DNA from: Acidimicrobiia bacterium
Lineage (GTDB): Bacteria > Actinomycetota > Acidimicrobiia > Spongiisociales > ZC4RG35
Assembly (NCBI GenBank): GCA_028285585.1
Contig: JANQOU010000006.1
Span: 593,881 to 657,880 of the forward strand
DNA length: 64,000 nucleotides
Reading direction: 5' to 3'
This document shows, one piece after another, positions 38,950 to 48,696 of the stretch. The notes under the pieces were generated by a model, which had not been told where the DNA came from, made no database searches, and saw only the letters and a program-made list of their open reading frames with translations. The stretch's first letter is position 1. Every line of letters starts with the position of its first letter. Position numbers and translations under genes: made by a program.

Positions 38950-40665
38950 ATGGTTGGTCAATCGAAGAATCGAGTAGCGCGTTGGGCAGCGGCCCTTGTC
39001 GGTTCGGGTGTTGTCGCTCTGCTAGTTCTGTTGACCGTGTCAGAGCCGGTGGGGGACGAGCCCATGGTCACCACCGCAGAGCCAGTCACAGATACCGGCG
39101 CGACCACTACCACCAGTCAGGTGACCACGAGTCCGTCAATCGGTCACGGGACCATCTCCGGAGTGCTGCTCGACGGGACCAAGTACACACTCCACTACGA
39201 AGGTGACATCTCGACACGCTGGGAAGGGAGTGACGGAGTCGTTGTCGTCGACATCGATGGGCATCCGAACGCAATCGGTGTCCACGGTTATGTCGGTTCC
39301 TTTCCCGACGAGCCGTTCTACGAAGACGGCGTGTTCCGACCAGCCCTAGGTGGCGTGGAGATCAAGCTCTATGACCACGTGAAGGACTACCTCGGTGATG
39401 ACGCAGGGGAGATCCTGAAACGGTCGATCCGTGGAGGCATAGTCGATGGTTTGCCGACGATGGAGCTGCTTCCTCCTTTTCGATGGGGCAACCAGAATGA
39501 GATACCCGCGCACATGAGCGCCGTCTATCCGCAGTTTACGGTGCTCCGAGGATGCTCAACCTCTCTGGCCCTGGTGTGCAGTTGGAACGGCGCTCTTCAA
39601 GTGATCGCAGCAACGGAGCTTGGCTCTGGGGCGAAGGCTTGGCCTGACAACGCCCAAATCGGTTTCGCGTCTCTTGACGGTGATCGACCGGATTGGGACG
39701 ACAACTATCTCGATCCGGGCCCTCTTACGCCCAGAGCTTTTGCAGATGTGCTCTGGACGGGTGAGGAGATGATCGTGTGGGGTGGCAGCCAGAGCGATGT
39801 ATCACCGGACGTGGCTGACGGAGCTGCCTACAACCTTGCGACCGACGCTTGGCGGGAACTCTCCCCTGCACCGGCGCTTGATCTCAACGCAGCATCTCGA
39901 GCGGTTATGGCGGATGACCTGATGGTGGTCGTCTCTCGAGATGCGACTCTTGGCTATGACCCGCGGGATGACGAGTGGCGGATCATCGGTGAGGGGCCGG
40001 TACCTCCCGAAGAGCCGGGCAAAATGGTCTGGGACGGCACCTCCGTCGTGTTGTGGACCAACGGCTTCCACAAGCTTGATCTGTCAAGTGGTGAGTGGTC
40101 CCAGCTTCCGGACCCACGTATCGAGATTGGCCCTGAGCCTTGGATGCGCTCATTGCGCGTCTTGGAATCGGGATCGGTGGTTGCCGTCGGGTCGACCGGT
40201 ACTTGCGAAGGGCGGGCAGTGGTCGTCTATACCGGCTCAGGTTGGGAATCCCTTGACGGCTTCGACCTCGGAACGGAGTCCTATGCCGACTGCTCCACTC
40301 CTCGTCAAACCGCGGTCATCGGGAACGAAGCCATTGCATGGAACCCGGATTCAGGTCGAACGATTGCTTGGGAGCATGATGCCGGGCTGGAGTGGCTTGA
40401 CCTGGCCCGGTCTTTCCTTCACGGCGGCGAGGGAGCGGCTGGAGCGCTTCAGTTAGGTGATCGTTTGCTCGTCAACGAGTACGGGCGGGGTCACGTCTAT
40501 GAGCGCTCAAGCGATACATGGTCGAGCCATCTTCTCCCCGGACATGGCACGGAGTGGGACATGGTCTGGACCGGCAAGGAGATCCTCATGTGGGGAGTCC
40601 CGCTGTGCTGCGTCGACAGTGGAGCACGGGTGGATGCCTGGAGGTGGACGCCGCCCACCTCCTAG
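38950..40665 (+). CDS. Membrane-anchored/secreted protein with a Kelch-like beta-propeller
   Basis: N-terminal TM, Thr-rich linker, WTGEEMIVWGG and WTGKEILMWG repeats. Confidence 0.7.
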   Translation: MVGQSKNRVARWAAALVGSGVVALLVLLTVSEPVGDEPMVTTAEPVTDTGATTTTSQVTTSPSIGHGTISGVLLDGTKYTLHYEGDISTRWEGSDGVVVVDIDGHPNAIGVHGYVGSFPDEPFYEDGVFRPALGGVEIKLYDHVKDYLGDDAGEILKRSIRGGIVDGLPTMELLPPFRWGNQNEIPAHMSAVYPQFTVLRGCSTSLALVCSWNGALQVIAATELGSGAKAWPDNAQIGFASLDGDRPDWDDNYLDPGPLTPRAFADVLWTGEEMIVWGGSQSDVSPDVADGAAYNLATDAWRELSPAPALDLNAASRAVMADDLMVVVSRDATLGYDPRDDEWRIIGEGPVPPEEPGKMVWDGTSVVLWTNGFHKLDLSSGEWSQLPDPRIEIGPEPWMRSLRVLESGSVVAVGSTGTCEGRAVVVYTGSGWESLDGFDLGTESYADCSTPRQTAVIGNEAIAWNPDSGRTIAWEHDAGLEWLDLARSFLHGGEGAAGALQLGDRLLVNEYGRGHVYERSSDTWSSHLLPGHGTEWDMVWTGKEILMWGVPLCCVDSGARVDAWRWTPPTS

Positions 40666-40681
40666 CGACCACAATGAGCAG

Positions 40682-41965
40682 GTGCGCGGCCTGCTCATCG
40701 ACATGACACCGATCCGGACGAGCCGGCCCTATCGCCACTTGTGGCTCGGCAGCGCATTGTCGGGCATCGGATCGACCTTGGTGATGATCGCCGTTGCGCT
40801 TCAGGTCTACGACATCTCAGGGTCCACCCTCCAAGTCGGCTTCGTGGGGCTGGCCTCTTTCGTCCCGCTGGCCGTCCTCGGTCTGTACGGCGGGTCGGTC
40901 GTCGACGCCTACGACCGGCGGCGAGTCCTGGTGCACACCCAGGTATGGCTGACTGTGGTTGGGGTGGTTCTGACGCTGGTCTCTTTCGCCGACGTGGCGT
41001 CCGTTTGGGTGCTCTACATTCTGGTGGCGCTTCAGAGCGGGCTCAGGGCAGTCAACGCTCCAGCGCGCACGGCGGTCATCCCGCGGATGGTCGGCCCCGA
41101 GCTGCTCCCGGCCGCCAACGCCATCTCCACTTTCACCCGTGGCGTGGCACTGACCGTCGGTCCTGTCATCGGAGGGGTTCTGGTTGACGTCAGCGGGTAC
41201 GGGATGGCCTATGCCGTCCAGGCGGTGTTGATGGCGCTGGCGATTGTGACGTTTGCCTGGCTCCCGCCGCTGCCGCCGGAGGGCGAGCCGAAGAAAGCCG
41301 GGCTGCGGTCGGTGCTCGAAGGGCTTCGATTCCTCAAGTCACGGCCCACAATCGCGATGACTTTTATGGCCGACCTGCTGGCAATGGTCCTGGCGATGCC
41401 CAGGGTCCTGTTCCCGGCGATCGCTGCCATAGCCATCGGTGGCGGTGCAACCACCGTCGGGATTCTCGTGGGAGGCATCGCCATCGGGACCATGCTCGGC
41501 GGGCTGTTCTCCGGGCCCCTAGGCAAGGTCAATCGGCAAGGCCTGGCCATCATCATCTCCGTTGCCTTCTGGGGTGTGTTCGTGACGTTGTTCGGCCTCG
41601 TGGTGCTGATGTCACCCGGCCCCGACTCGGATGGGGCTGCGAATTGGATGTTGTGGCCGGCCACCCTCCTCATGGTCCTCGGTGGGGTGGCGGACACCAT
41701 CAGCGCCGTCTTCAGGGCGACGGTCCTTCAACTGGAGACCCCAGATGCGATGCTGGGTCGTCTCCAAGGTGTGTTCATTGTCGTGGTCGCCGGTGGACCC
41801 GAGATCGGGTCTCTGGTACTCGGATCGGTTGCAAGTGTCACCGGTGAGGCCTGGGCGGCCATTGTTGGTGGGATCGCATGTGCCGTGCTGGTCGTTCTCG
41901 TCGGTCTGAGGCAGAGGGGCCTCTGGGACTACGACATCCGGGCCAGGGAGGCGACGAGTACCTAG
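40682..41965 (+). CDS. MFS transporter (EntS/MFS_3-like)
   Basis: GGSVVDAYDRRR, about 12 TM segments, TPDAMLGRLQG. Confidence 0.88.
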   Translation: MRGLLIDMTPIRTSRPYRHLWLGSALSGIGSTLVMIAVALQVYDISGSTLQVGFVGLASFVPLAVLGLYGGSVVDAYDRRRVLVHTQVWLTVVGVVLTLVSFADVASVWVLYILVALQSGLRAVNAPARTAVIPRMVGPELLPAANAISTFTRGVALTVGPVIGGVLVDVSGYGMAYAVQAVLMALAIVTFAWLPPLPPEGEPKKAGLRSVLEGLRFLKSRPTIAMTFMADLLAMVLAMPRVLFPAIAAIAIGGGATTVGILVGGIAIGTMLGGLFSGPLGKVNRQGLAIIISVAFWGVFVTLFGLVVLMSPGPDSDGAANWMLWPATLLMVLGGVADTISAVFRATVLQLETPDAMLGRLQGVFIVVVAGGPEIGSLVLGSVASVTGEAWAAIVGGIACAVLVVLVGLRQRGLWDYDIRAREATST

Positions 41966-43191
41966 AGACGCCCGGCGATGTCGGTCCTGAACTGGGCACC
42001 CTTCCACGCCAGCGTGTCCACGGCGTCATAGGCGCGGTCACGGGCCACGTCGAGGTTCGGCCCGGTGCCGACGAGGCTCAGCACTCGCCCACCGTTGACC
42101 GCGACCTTGTTGCCGTCGACTGCGGTGCCGGCATGGAATACGAGAACGTCCTCTGGCACATTCTTCAAGCCCTGGATCACAGCCCCCTTCTCCGGCGACT
42201 CGGGGTACCCCTCTGCGGCAAGCACCACGTTCACGGTCGCCGTCTTCGACCAAGCCGGAGTTGCTCCCTCTAGGACGTCCACCAGATCTGATTCCAGCCT
42301 GGGCAGGACCGCCTGTGTCTCCGGGTCGCCCAGCCGCACGTTGAACTCCAGCACTTTCGGGCCGTCTGCGGCGAGAACCAGCCCCACATAGAGGAACCCT
42401 GAGAAGGGGCTGCCATCAGCAGCCATCTGGGACAAAGTCGGATTCACCACATCGGACAGCACATCGTCGACGAGACCTTCAGGAAGCTCGACCGGTGAGT
42501 AGGAGCCCATGCCTCCGGTGTTCGGTCCCTGATCGTCATCGAGCAGGCGCTTGTAGTCACGGGCCGGCTCCAGGGCCACGGCGCCATCGTCGGTGCAGAC
42601 GGCGAAGACACTCAGCTCGGGACCGTCGAGAAACTCCTCGATCAAGACCACGGATCCCGCTTCACCGAACTGTCCGTCGAAGCAATGGTCGACCCAGGCC
42701 ACGGCCTCGTTGCGATCGTCGGTGACCAAAACACCTTTACCGGCGGCAAGCCCGTCCGCCTTGACCACAAAAGGGCCGTCGATCCCCTCCAACTGTTTCT
42801 TGGCCGGGCCCGGGTCGGTGAATGCCCACGATTCTCCGGTGGGCACCCCGGCCTTGCGCATCACTTCTTTCGCGAAGGTCTTCGAAGACTCCAGCCGGGC
42901 CGCCGCCCGAGTCGGGCCGAACACGGGGATTCCCAGAGCAGACACGGCATCGACCACCCCAGCTGCGAGCGGAGCCTCCGGTCCGACGACCACGAGATCG
43001 ACGTCCTGGATGCGGGACATTGCCGAGATTGCTCCGGCGTCGGAGACGTCTATCCCCTCCACGGTGGGGCCCAGGTCGGCTAGCCCCGGGTTGCCGGGAA
43101 GTGAGATCAGTTCGCCGACACGTGGTGACTGGGCCAGTTTCCACCCGAGGGCGTGCTCCCTGCCCCCATTCCCTATCAGCAGGACTCTCAC
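41962..43191 (-). CDS. purD: Phosphoribosylamine-glycine ligase
   Basis: GNGGREHAL, KADGLAAGKGV, GPNTGGMG, EFNVRLGDPE. Confidence 0.96.
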   Translation of the reverse strand: MRVLLIGNGGREHALGWKLAQSPRVGELISLPGNPGLADLGPTVEGIDVSDAGAISAMSRIQDVDLVVVGPEAPLAAGVVDAVSALGIPVFGPTRAAARLESSKTFAKEVMRKAGVPTGESWAFTDPGPAKKQLEGIDGPFVVKADGLAAGKGVLVTDDRNEAVAWVDHCFDGQFGEAGSVVLIEEFLDGPELSVFAVCTDDGAVALEPARDYKRLLDDDQGPNTGGMGSYSPVELPEGLVDDVLSDVVNPTLSQMAADGSPFSGFLYVGLVLAADGPKVLEFNVRLGDPETQAVLPRLESDLVDVLEGATPAWSKTATVNVVLAAEGYPESPEKGAVIQGLKNVPEDVLVFHAGTAVDGNKVAVNGGRVLSLVGTGPNLDVARDRAYDAVDTLAWKGAQFRTDIAGRL

Positions 43192-44462
43192 GACAACTCG
43201 ATGAGCTGGGATCGCTCGGGTCCGACCGAGACCCAGCCGACATCCACTCCAGAGGCCTCCTGGACGTATTCGATATATGCCCGGGCTTCCTTGGGAAGGT
43301 CGTCGTAGCGCCGCACTCCGGTGATGTCCTCACCCCATCCGGGCAGCTCCTCATAAACCGGCTCGCAGTGATAGAGCACGGACTGTTGAGCCGGGAACTC
43401 GTCGAACTTGCCTTCGGGTGACCGGTACCCGACTGCCACCTTGATGCTGTCGAAGGCCGACAGGATGTCGAGCTTGGTGAGGAAGAGCTTGGTGAGGCTG
43501 TTCACGCGAGCGGCGTAGCGCAGCGCCAGCATGTCGAGCCAGCCACACCGCCGCCGTCGTCCGGTGACCGTGCCGTACTCACCGCCGAGATCGATCATGG
43601 CGTCACCGATCTCGTCGAAGAGCTCGGTGGGGAAGGGACCGGTGCCGACCCGAGAGATGTATGCCTTGGCCACCCCGACCACATCGTCGATTGCCTTGGG
43701 GCCGACGCCGGTGCCGACGACAGCTCCTCCCGCCGTCGGGTTGGACGAGGTGACGAACGGGTATGTGCCGTGGTCGATGTCGAGGAGGGTTCCCTGTGCT
43801 CCTTCGAAGAGGACCGCCTTGTCGTCCTGGATGGCGTTCCACAAGAGCAGGGAGGTGTCGGTGACGTGGGGCGCCAGGCGCTCCGCGTACTCGAGGTACT
43901 CGTCCACGATGGCATCGGCCTCCATGGGGAGCGTGTTGTAGACGCGAGGGAGGATCTTGTTCTTGTCCTCCAGCGCCGCTTCCACCTTTTCCCTGAAGAT
44001 CTTCTCGTCGAACAGGTCTTGGACCCTTATCCCGAAGCGGGCGTACTTGTCGGTGTACGCGGGCCCGATGCCCTTTTTGGTGGTGCCTATCTGGTTCTTG
44101 CCCAGGTAGCGCTCGATGGCGGCGTCGAGTTTGCGGTGATAGGGCATGATGAGATGAGCGTTGGACGAGAGCTTCACCGCCGAAGGGTCGAGCCCGCGCT
44201 CCGTGGCCATGTCCATCTCGTCGAGCAGCACTTTGGGGTCGATCACCGTGCCCGACGCGATCACCGGAATGCACTCGGGGTAGAGGATCCCGGAGGGGAT
44301 CAGGGAGAGGGCCAGCTTCTCTTCGCCGACGACGATGGTGTGGCCGGCGTTGTTGCCACCCTGGAACCTGACCACGTAGTCGGCGGACTCGGCAAAATAG
44401 TCGACGACCCGTCCCTTGCCTTCGTCACCCCATTGGGCTCCAAGAACAATCGTGGCTGGCAT
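43188..44462 (-). CDS. purA: Adenylosuccinate synthetase
   Basis: QWGDEGKG, GGNNAGHT, EGAQG, HGTYPFVTSS. Confidence 0.96.
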   Translation of the reverse strand: MPATIVLGAQWGDEGKGRVVDYFAESADYVVRFQGGNNAGHTIVVGEEKLALSLIPSGILYPECIPVIASGTVIDPKVLLDEMDMATERGLDPSAVKLSSNAHLIMPYHRKLDAAIERYLGKNQIGTTKKGIGPAYTDKYARFGIRVQDLFDEKIFREKVEAALEDKNKILPRVYNTLPMEADAIVDEYLEYAERLAPHVTDTSLLLWNAIQDDKAVLFEGAQGTLLDIDHGTYPFVTSSNPTAGGAVVGTGVGPKAIDDVVGVAKAYISRVGTGPFPTELFDEIGDAMIDLGGEYGTVTGRRRRCGWLDMLALRYAARVNSLTKLFLTKLDILSAFDSIKVAVGYRSPEGKFDEFPAQQSVLYHCEPVYEELPGWGEDITGVRRYDDLPKEARAYIEYVQEASGVDVGWVSVGPERSQLIELS

Positions 44463-44517
44463 GACGTGGAGCGACGGTAGCCGGGTTGTCTCGGAGTCCC
44501 GTCCCTGTGGAAACCAC

Positions 44518-44555
44518 GAAACACAGCGTTCACATTTCAGCAACGAACGGGCAAC
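44518..44555 (+). promoter_or_regulatory. Putative GlnR binding array
   Basis: GAAAC-n6-TTCAC-n6-GCAAC-n6-GCAAC (11-bp period) upstream of glnA. Confidence 0.65.
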
Positions 44556-44609
44556 CGTCCCTGAATACAAAGTCGTTGTTCACGATCCACATATCGAGAG
44601 GAGATCATC

Positions 44610-46034
44610 GTGACCAAGACGGCTGCCGACGTCTTGTCCCTCGTCGCTGACGAGGGCTACGAGTTCGTCGACCTTCGCTTCTGCGACCTGCCCGGCCAGG
44701 TCCAGCACTTCACCGTTCCCGCCCGCCAACTGACCGAAGACTCCTTCGAGGAGGGCTTCGGCTTCGATGGATCTTCGATCCGCGGCTTCCAGGACATCCA
44801 GGAGTCGGACATGATCCTGATCCCCGATCCGGCCACCGCCGTGGACGATGTCTTCCGGGAGCGCAAGACGCTGATTCTGTACTGCTTCGTCAACGACCCG
44901 GTGACGGGCACCCCTTATGAGAAGGATCCGCGCTACATCGCCAAGAAGGCGGAGGACTACCTGGTCAGCACGGGTATCGCCGACACCTCCTACTGGGGCC
45001 CAGAGGCCGAGTTCTACATTTTCGATGACGTGCGCTTCGGCCAGGACCAAAACTCCGGGTTCTACTTCGTCGACTCGGTAGAGGGAGCTTGGAACTCCGG
45101 CGAGTTCGAGGACGGGGGCAACCTCGGCTACAAGCCCAGGTACAAGGAGGGTTACTTCCCGGTTCCCCCCACCGACCACTATCAAGATCTTCGGTCGGAG
45201 ATGACGGCGCGCCTCGAGGATGCCGGCATCGTGGTCGAGGTTCAGCACCACGAGGTGGGCACCGCAGGTCAGGCGGAGATCGATATCCGCTTCGACACGC
45301 TGCTGCGCACAGCAGACAACGTGACCCTGTTCAAGTACATCGTGAAGAACACGGCGTGGGAGCAGGGCAAGACGGTGACCTTCATGCCGAAGCCGATCTT
45401 CGAAGACAACGGCTCGGGCATGCACACCCACCAGTCGTTGTGGAAAGACGGCGAGACGTTGATGTTTGACGAGAGCGGCTATGCCGGCCTGTCCGACATC
45501 TCTCGCTGGTACATCGGCGGCATCCTCAAGCATGCGCGGGCGATCCTCGCCTTTGCCGCTCCGACGACGAACTCGTACCACCGGCTTGTGCCTGGGTTCG
45601 AGGCCCCGGTGAACCTCGTCTACTCGAGCCGCAACCGGTCGGCTGCCGTGCGAATCCCGCAGTACTCGCAGGCTCCGGCTGCGAAGCGTCTCGAGTTCAG
45701 GTGCCCTGACCCGGCAGCCAACCCGTACCTGGCGTTTGCGGCGATGCTGATGGCCGGCATCGACGGGATCCAGAACCGGATCGAGCCGCACGACCCGGTG
45801 GACAAGGACATCTACGACCTCCCGCCGGCGGAGTTGGAGGGCCTGCCATCGGTGCCCGGCTCACTCGACGAGGCGCTGGACGCGCTGGAAGAGGACCACG
45901 ACTTCCTGCTCCAGGGTGGTGTGTTCACAGAAGGGCTGATCGACGCCTGGCTCGCCTACAAGAGGGAGCATGAGGTCGACCCGGTCAGGCTTCGCCCCCA
46001 CCCGTACGAGTTCCACCTCTACTACGACATCTAG
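44610..46034 (+). CDS. glnA: Glutamine synthetase type I (GSI-beta)
   Basis: [24 protein letters not shown], adenylylation site DIYDLP; GAGGAG RBS. Confidence 0.97.
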   Translation: MTKTAADVLSLVADEGYEFVDLRFCDLPGQVQHFTVPARQLTEDSFEEGFGFDGSSIRGFQDIQESDMILIPDPATAVDDVFRERKTLILYCFVNDPVTGTPYEKDPRYIAKKAEDYLVSTGIADTSYWGPEAEFYIFDDVRFGQDQNSGFYFVDSVEGAWNSGEFEDGGNLGYKPRYKEGYFPVPPTDHYQDLRSEMTARLEDAGIVVEVQHHEVGTAGQAEIDIRFDTLLRTADNVTLFKYIVKNTAWEQGKTVTFMPKPIFEDNGSGMHTHQSLWKDGETLMFDESGYAGLSDISRWYIGGILKHARAILAFAAPTTNSYHRLVPGFEAPVNLVYSSRNRSAAVRIPQYSQAPAAKRLEFRCPDPAANPYLAFAAMLMAGIDGIQNRIEPHDPVDKDIYDLPPAELEGLPSVPGSLDEALDALEEDHDFLLQGGVFTEGLIDAWLAYKREHEVDPVRLRPHPYEFHLYYDI

Positions 46035-46037
46035 GCC

Positions 46038-46140
46038 ACGGCCTTCCGGCCGTCGTTGGGACCGGGCGGGTCCATGTGACCAGGTAGGAGCCTCCGGCAG
46101 GAGACCCCAACCCCTCGCTTGCGAGGCGCCCGGCCCCAAC
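46038..46140 (-). ncRNA. Candidate four-way-junction structured RNA with a 3' GGAA-tetraloop hairpin
   Basis: Four stems joined by 0-1 nt linkers; three plus-strand A.C mismatches are G-U pairs on the minus strand. Confidence 0.5.
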
Positions 46141-46160
46141 TGTGCCGCCTTCTCACCTGC

Positions 46161-46268
46161 AACCTCAGGTAATGCCGCCCAAATACGGGCCCTATAGCCT
46201 CCGGTTGGGAGAGCGCACGGCCAACTCGAGGCCATAGCTACCAGATACGGTCGCTATTACCTGAGGTT
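46161..46268. repeat. Repeat family A inverted doublet
   Basis: AACCTCAGGTAAT...ATTACCTGAGGTT; highly similar to 16351-16468. Confidence 0.85.
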
Positions 46269-46329
46269 CGCTGTGGGGGGTTGTCAGGGGTCCTGTACGT
46301 CGTGTATGACAAGTCGTTATACTTTATGT

Positions 46330-46578
46330 ATGACACAACTGGTTGCGCGGGTGGACGATGAGTTCATCGAAGCCATAGATCGACTGATCGAGGAGGGGGT
46401 CGTGGCCTCTCGCTCAGATGCGGTGAGACAAGGTCTCGAGGTTCTGATCGATCGCGCCCGTAGACACCGCGTCGGCGATGCGATAGTTCTGGGCTATCAA
46501 GCCAGCCCGCAGACAGAACCAGAGTGGGGTTGGTCCGATGACGCGACAGCTCGGATGATTGGTGAAGAGCCTTGGTGA
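46330..46578 (+). CDS. Ribbon-helix-helix antitoxin (MazE3-like)
   Basis: MTQLVARVD...SRSDAVRQGL; TATACT -10 six nt upstream; GTGA overlap with the toxin gene. Confidence 0.82.
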   Translation: MTQLVARVDDEFIEAIDRLIEEGVVASRSDAVRQGLEVLIDRARRHRVGDAIVLGYQASPQTEPEWGWSDDATARMIGEEPW

Positions 46579-46883
46579 CGCCCGCTCAAGGTGAGATCTG
46601 GTGGGCCGAGGCTGAGGACAAGCGCCGTCCTGTCCTGGTGGTGAGTCGCAACGAAGTCATTCCGGTTCTGACTTGGATCATGGTGGCACCGCTCACGAGG
46701 ACCGTGCGCGGCATTCCCACTGAGATCGAGCTGGGTGCCGAGCACGGGCTCGGAGTCGAAAGTGCAGCCTCATTTGACAATCTTCAACCGATTCGCCGGA
46801 CGTTTCTGACGGAGAGAGTTGGTTCTCTGCCTTCGGCCAGACAGAGCATCTGTCGCGCTTTGGGGGCTCTGGCCGACTGCTAG
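46575..46883 (+). CDS. mazF: PemK/MazF family endoribonuclease toxin
   Basis: GEIWW, KRRPVLVVSR, VAPLT, FDNLQ. Confidence 0.9.
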   Translation: MTPAQGEIWWAEAEDKRRPVLVVSRNEVIPVLTWIMVAPLTRTVRGIPTEIELGAEHGLGVESAASFDNLQPIRRTFLTERVGSLPSARQSICRALGALADC

Positions 46884-46901
46884 GGGGCTCCGACTGAGGG
46901 G

Positions 46902-47510
46902 TTAGGCGGAGGCGTTGGCTTGGGCGGCGTTGTTGGCGTTGGCAACTTCGGTCTGGAAGTCGGCGACGGCCCGGCTGTAGGCGTCCACAGCCCCGCGGCG
47001 AAGCTCGCCGGTGTCGGTGGAGCGCAGCCCGTTCAGCGCATCTCCGGCCGCCAAGGTGGCGAATTGCATCGCCGTCTTCATCGTTTCCTGGTTGACCTCG
47101 AGACCCACCGGCACCACCAATGCGTCCAATGCGTCGGACAACGCTTGAGTCTCGGTCTGGACAGCGTCCAGACGGGACTCAGTGTCTCCGTACTCGATCG
47201 TCCTCGGGTCGGCGTCAAACCCGTCGTTGACAGTCACCATCTCCACCCCGAGCAGCTGGAGATCGTTGTTGAGCGAGTCGACCGCATCGAGATAGGCCTG
47301 GGTGTCAGGATCGAGTGCGGTCGGCCCGGGGTCGGTTGTCTCGGTGGCGACCGTCGTCGATGTGGTGGTGACTTGCCCGGCCAGCGTCGAATCCGGTGAC
47401 GCCTCGGGCAATTCGCGCACGAAGAAGTAGGTGAAAGCGATCATCCCCAAGATGACGAGGGGAAGTATCCACCGTCCCGGCTTGGGGTCTGGGTTGACTG
47501 CCATGTCCAT
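46902..47510 (-). CDS. Hypothetical membrane-anchored helical protein
   Basis: N-terminal TM, Thr-rich linker, helical extracellular region. Confidence 0.7.
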   Translation of the reverse strand: MDMAVNPDPKPGRWILPLVILGMIAFTYFFVRELPEASPDSTLAGQVTTTSTTVATETTDPGPTALDPDTQAYLDAVDSLNNDLQLLGVEMVTVNDGFDADPRTIEYGDTESRLDAVQTETQALSDALDALVVPVGLEVNQETMKTAMQFATLAAGDALNGLRSTDTGELRRGAVDAYSRAVADFQTEVANANNAAQANASA

Positions 47511-47611
47511 TCAGACGATAGCTGTGCGGGCTTTAGTTCCCCGGTTGACCTTCTCCTGGCTCCGGATACGACCCTCTTGAAGGCACCTCTCGCACCTCAT
47601 ACGTTCGAGGC

Positions 47612-48421
47612 ATGGGAGAGGAACGTCACGAAGTGTATGAGCGGATCCCCTGGGAGACGCTGGAGAAAACGGGTAGCGAGCGCAACTGGCTGGTCTATGC
47701 GATAGCCGGAGCTGTCGTCGTTGGCGCACTGGGCTACACGTTCATGCAAAACAGGGCGGCTCCACTGCCGGCCACGCAGCCAGAAGCACAAACAGCAATC
47801 ACTTCTCCTGCCCCTCCGCCTCTGACAACCGAACCCCCGGTTTCAGCTCCGGTGGTTGTCGCAGAGGCCGACCTCTACGCGGTCAACCCTGAGCGGCTGA
47901 TCGACACAGTCGTCGCCCACGCCGAGCGTTTTGCCATGGAGTACTTCTCCTTCGACGGCACGCAGGAGTCGCAACGCTCGCTCGACATCTTGATGCCGGA
48001 GAACATCCCGTCTCCCGAGGCACCTGGAGGAACTCAGGTCTTCGTCGATTGGGTCGGGTTTGCCGGCCTTGTCGAGTCAGGACCCCTGGCCTATGACGTC
48101 GATGTGGTGGTGCGGTCCCTGGTGTCCAACAGCGAGGGCCAGTTCACCCGTCAGGCGACCAAGGTGGCGACCGTCCCGATCCACATCGACGAGAGCGGCC
48201 GACCTGTGGTCACAGCCCCGCCGCGAGTGGCCGAGGCCGGTGCCGAGTCATCCCCGGCAATGGATCTTCAGCCCCTTCCGGCAGAAATGGCAGCCCAGCA
48301 TCAGGACCGATTCACCAGCCTGCTTGGAGGGGTGCTCCTGGCAGACGGACGCTGGCGGGTGGTAGCGATGGCCGAAGGCTCAGATGGCGTTGTCAGGGCG
48401 GTGAGTTTCCTCAGCCCCTGA
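47612..48421 (+). CDS. Hypothetical single-TM protein, possibly with a TcpC/VirB8-like domain
   Basis: TM, Pro-rich linker, AERFAMEYF...DVDVVV...TVPI...VVTAPP pattern. Confidence 0.6.
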   Translation: MGEERHEVYERIPWETLEKTGSERNWLVYAIAGAVVVGALGYTFMQNRAAPLPATQPEAQTAITSPAPPPLTTEPPVSAPVVVAEADLYAVNPERLIDTVVAHAERFAMEYFSFDGTQESQRSLDILMPENIPSPEAPGGTQVFVDWVGFAGLVESGPLAYDVDVVVRSLVSNSEGQFTRQATKVATVPIHIDESGRPVVTAPPRVAEAGAESSPAMDLQPLPAEMAAQHQDRFTSLLGGVLLADGRWRVVAMAEGSDGVVRAVSFLSP

Positions 48422-48423
48422 TC

Positions 48424-48681
48424 TCAGTCGCTGAAATGCGCTTCTAGGATCGCCGTCGCCTCGGGCGTTATCGCGTCCCACGTGCCGTCAGCCGTCTTGG
48501 AGATAGTCACGAAGTCCCCAGTGAAGAAAACACTTGCCACCCCGTCTACCGCAGTCAGCGCCGCCGCAAACTCCACATCGGTCTCAGCGCCTTTGACCAC
48601 TGTGCCGGGGCCGCCGACCGCCTGGCCGACGGAGAACTTCATGGCGTTGGGATTTGGCGTGGGAGCGATAGTGATCGGCAT
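48424..48681 (-). CDS. Stand-alone NifU/Nfu N-terminal domain protein
   Basis: PTPNPNAMKF, GVASVFFTGDFVTISK. Confidence 0.85.
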   Translation of the reverse strand: MPITIAPTPNPNAMKFSVGQAVGGPGTVVKGAETDVEFAAALTAVDGVASVFFTGDFVTISKTADGTWDAITPEATAILEAHFSD

Positions 48682-48696
48682 CGGACTGCAAGGGTA

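Noticed and set aside
23930..44462. Purine or ZTP riboswitch in front of pur genes
   Set aside because: Upstream regions are very short or leaderless and show no aptamer motif
46055..46140. Cloverleaf as a tRNA or SRP RNA
   Set aside because: No TTC T-loop, 7-nt anticodon loop or 7-bp acceptor stem, and no SRP domain IV motif
46161..48421. Integrative conjugative element or prophage around the TA pair and TcpC-like gene
   Set aside because: No integrase, relaxase, VirB4/VirD4, phage genes or att repeats
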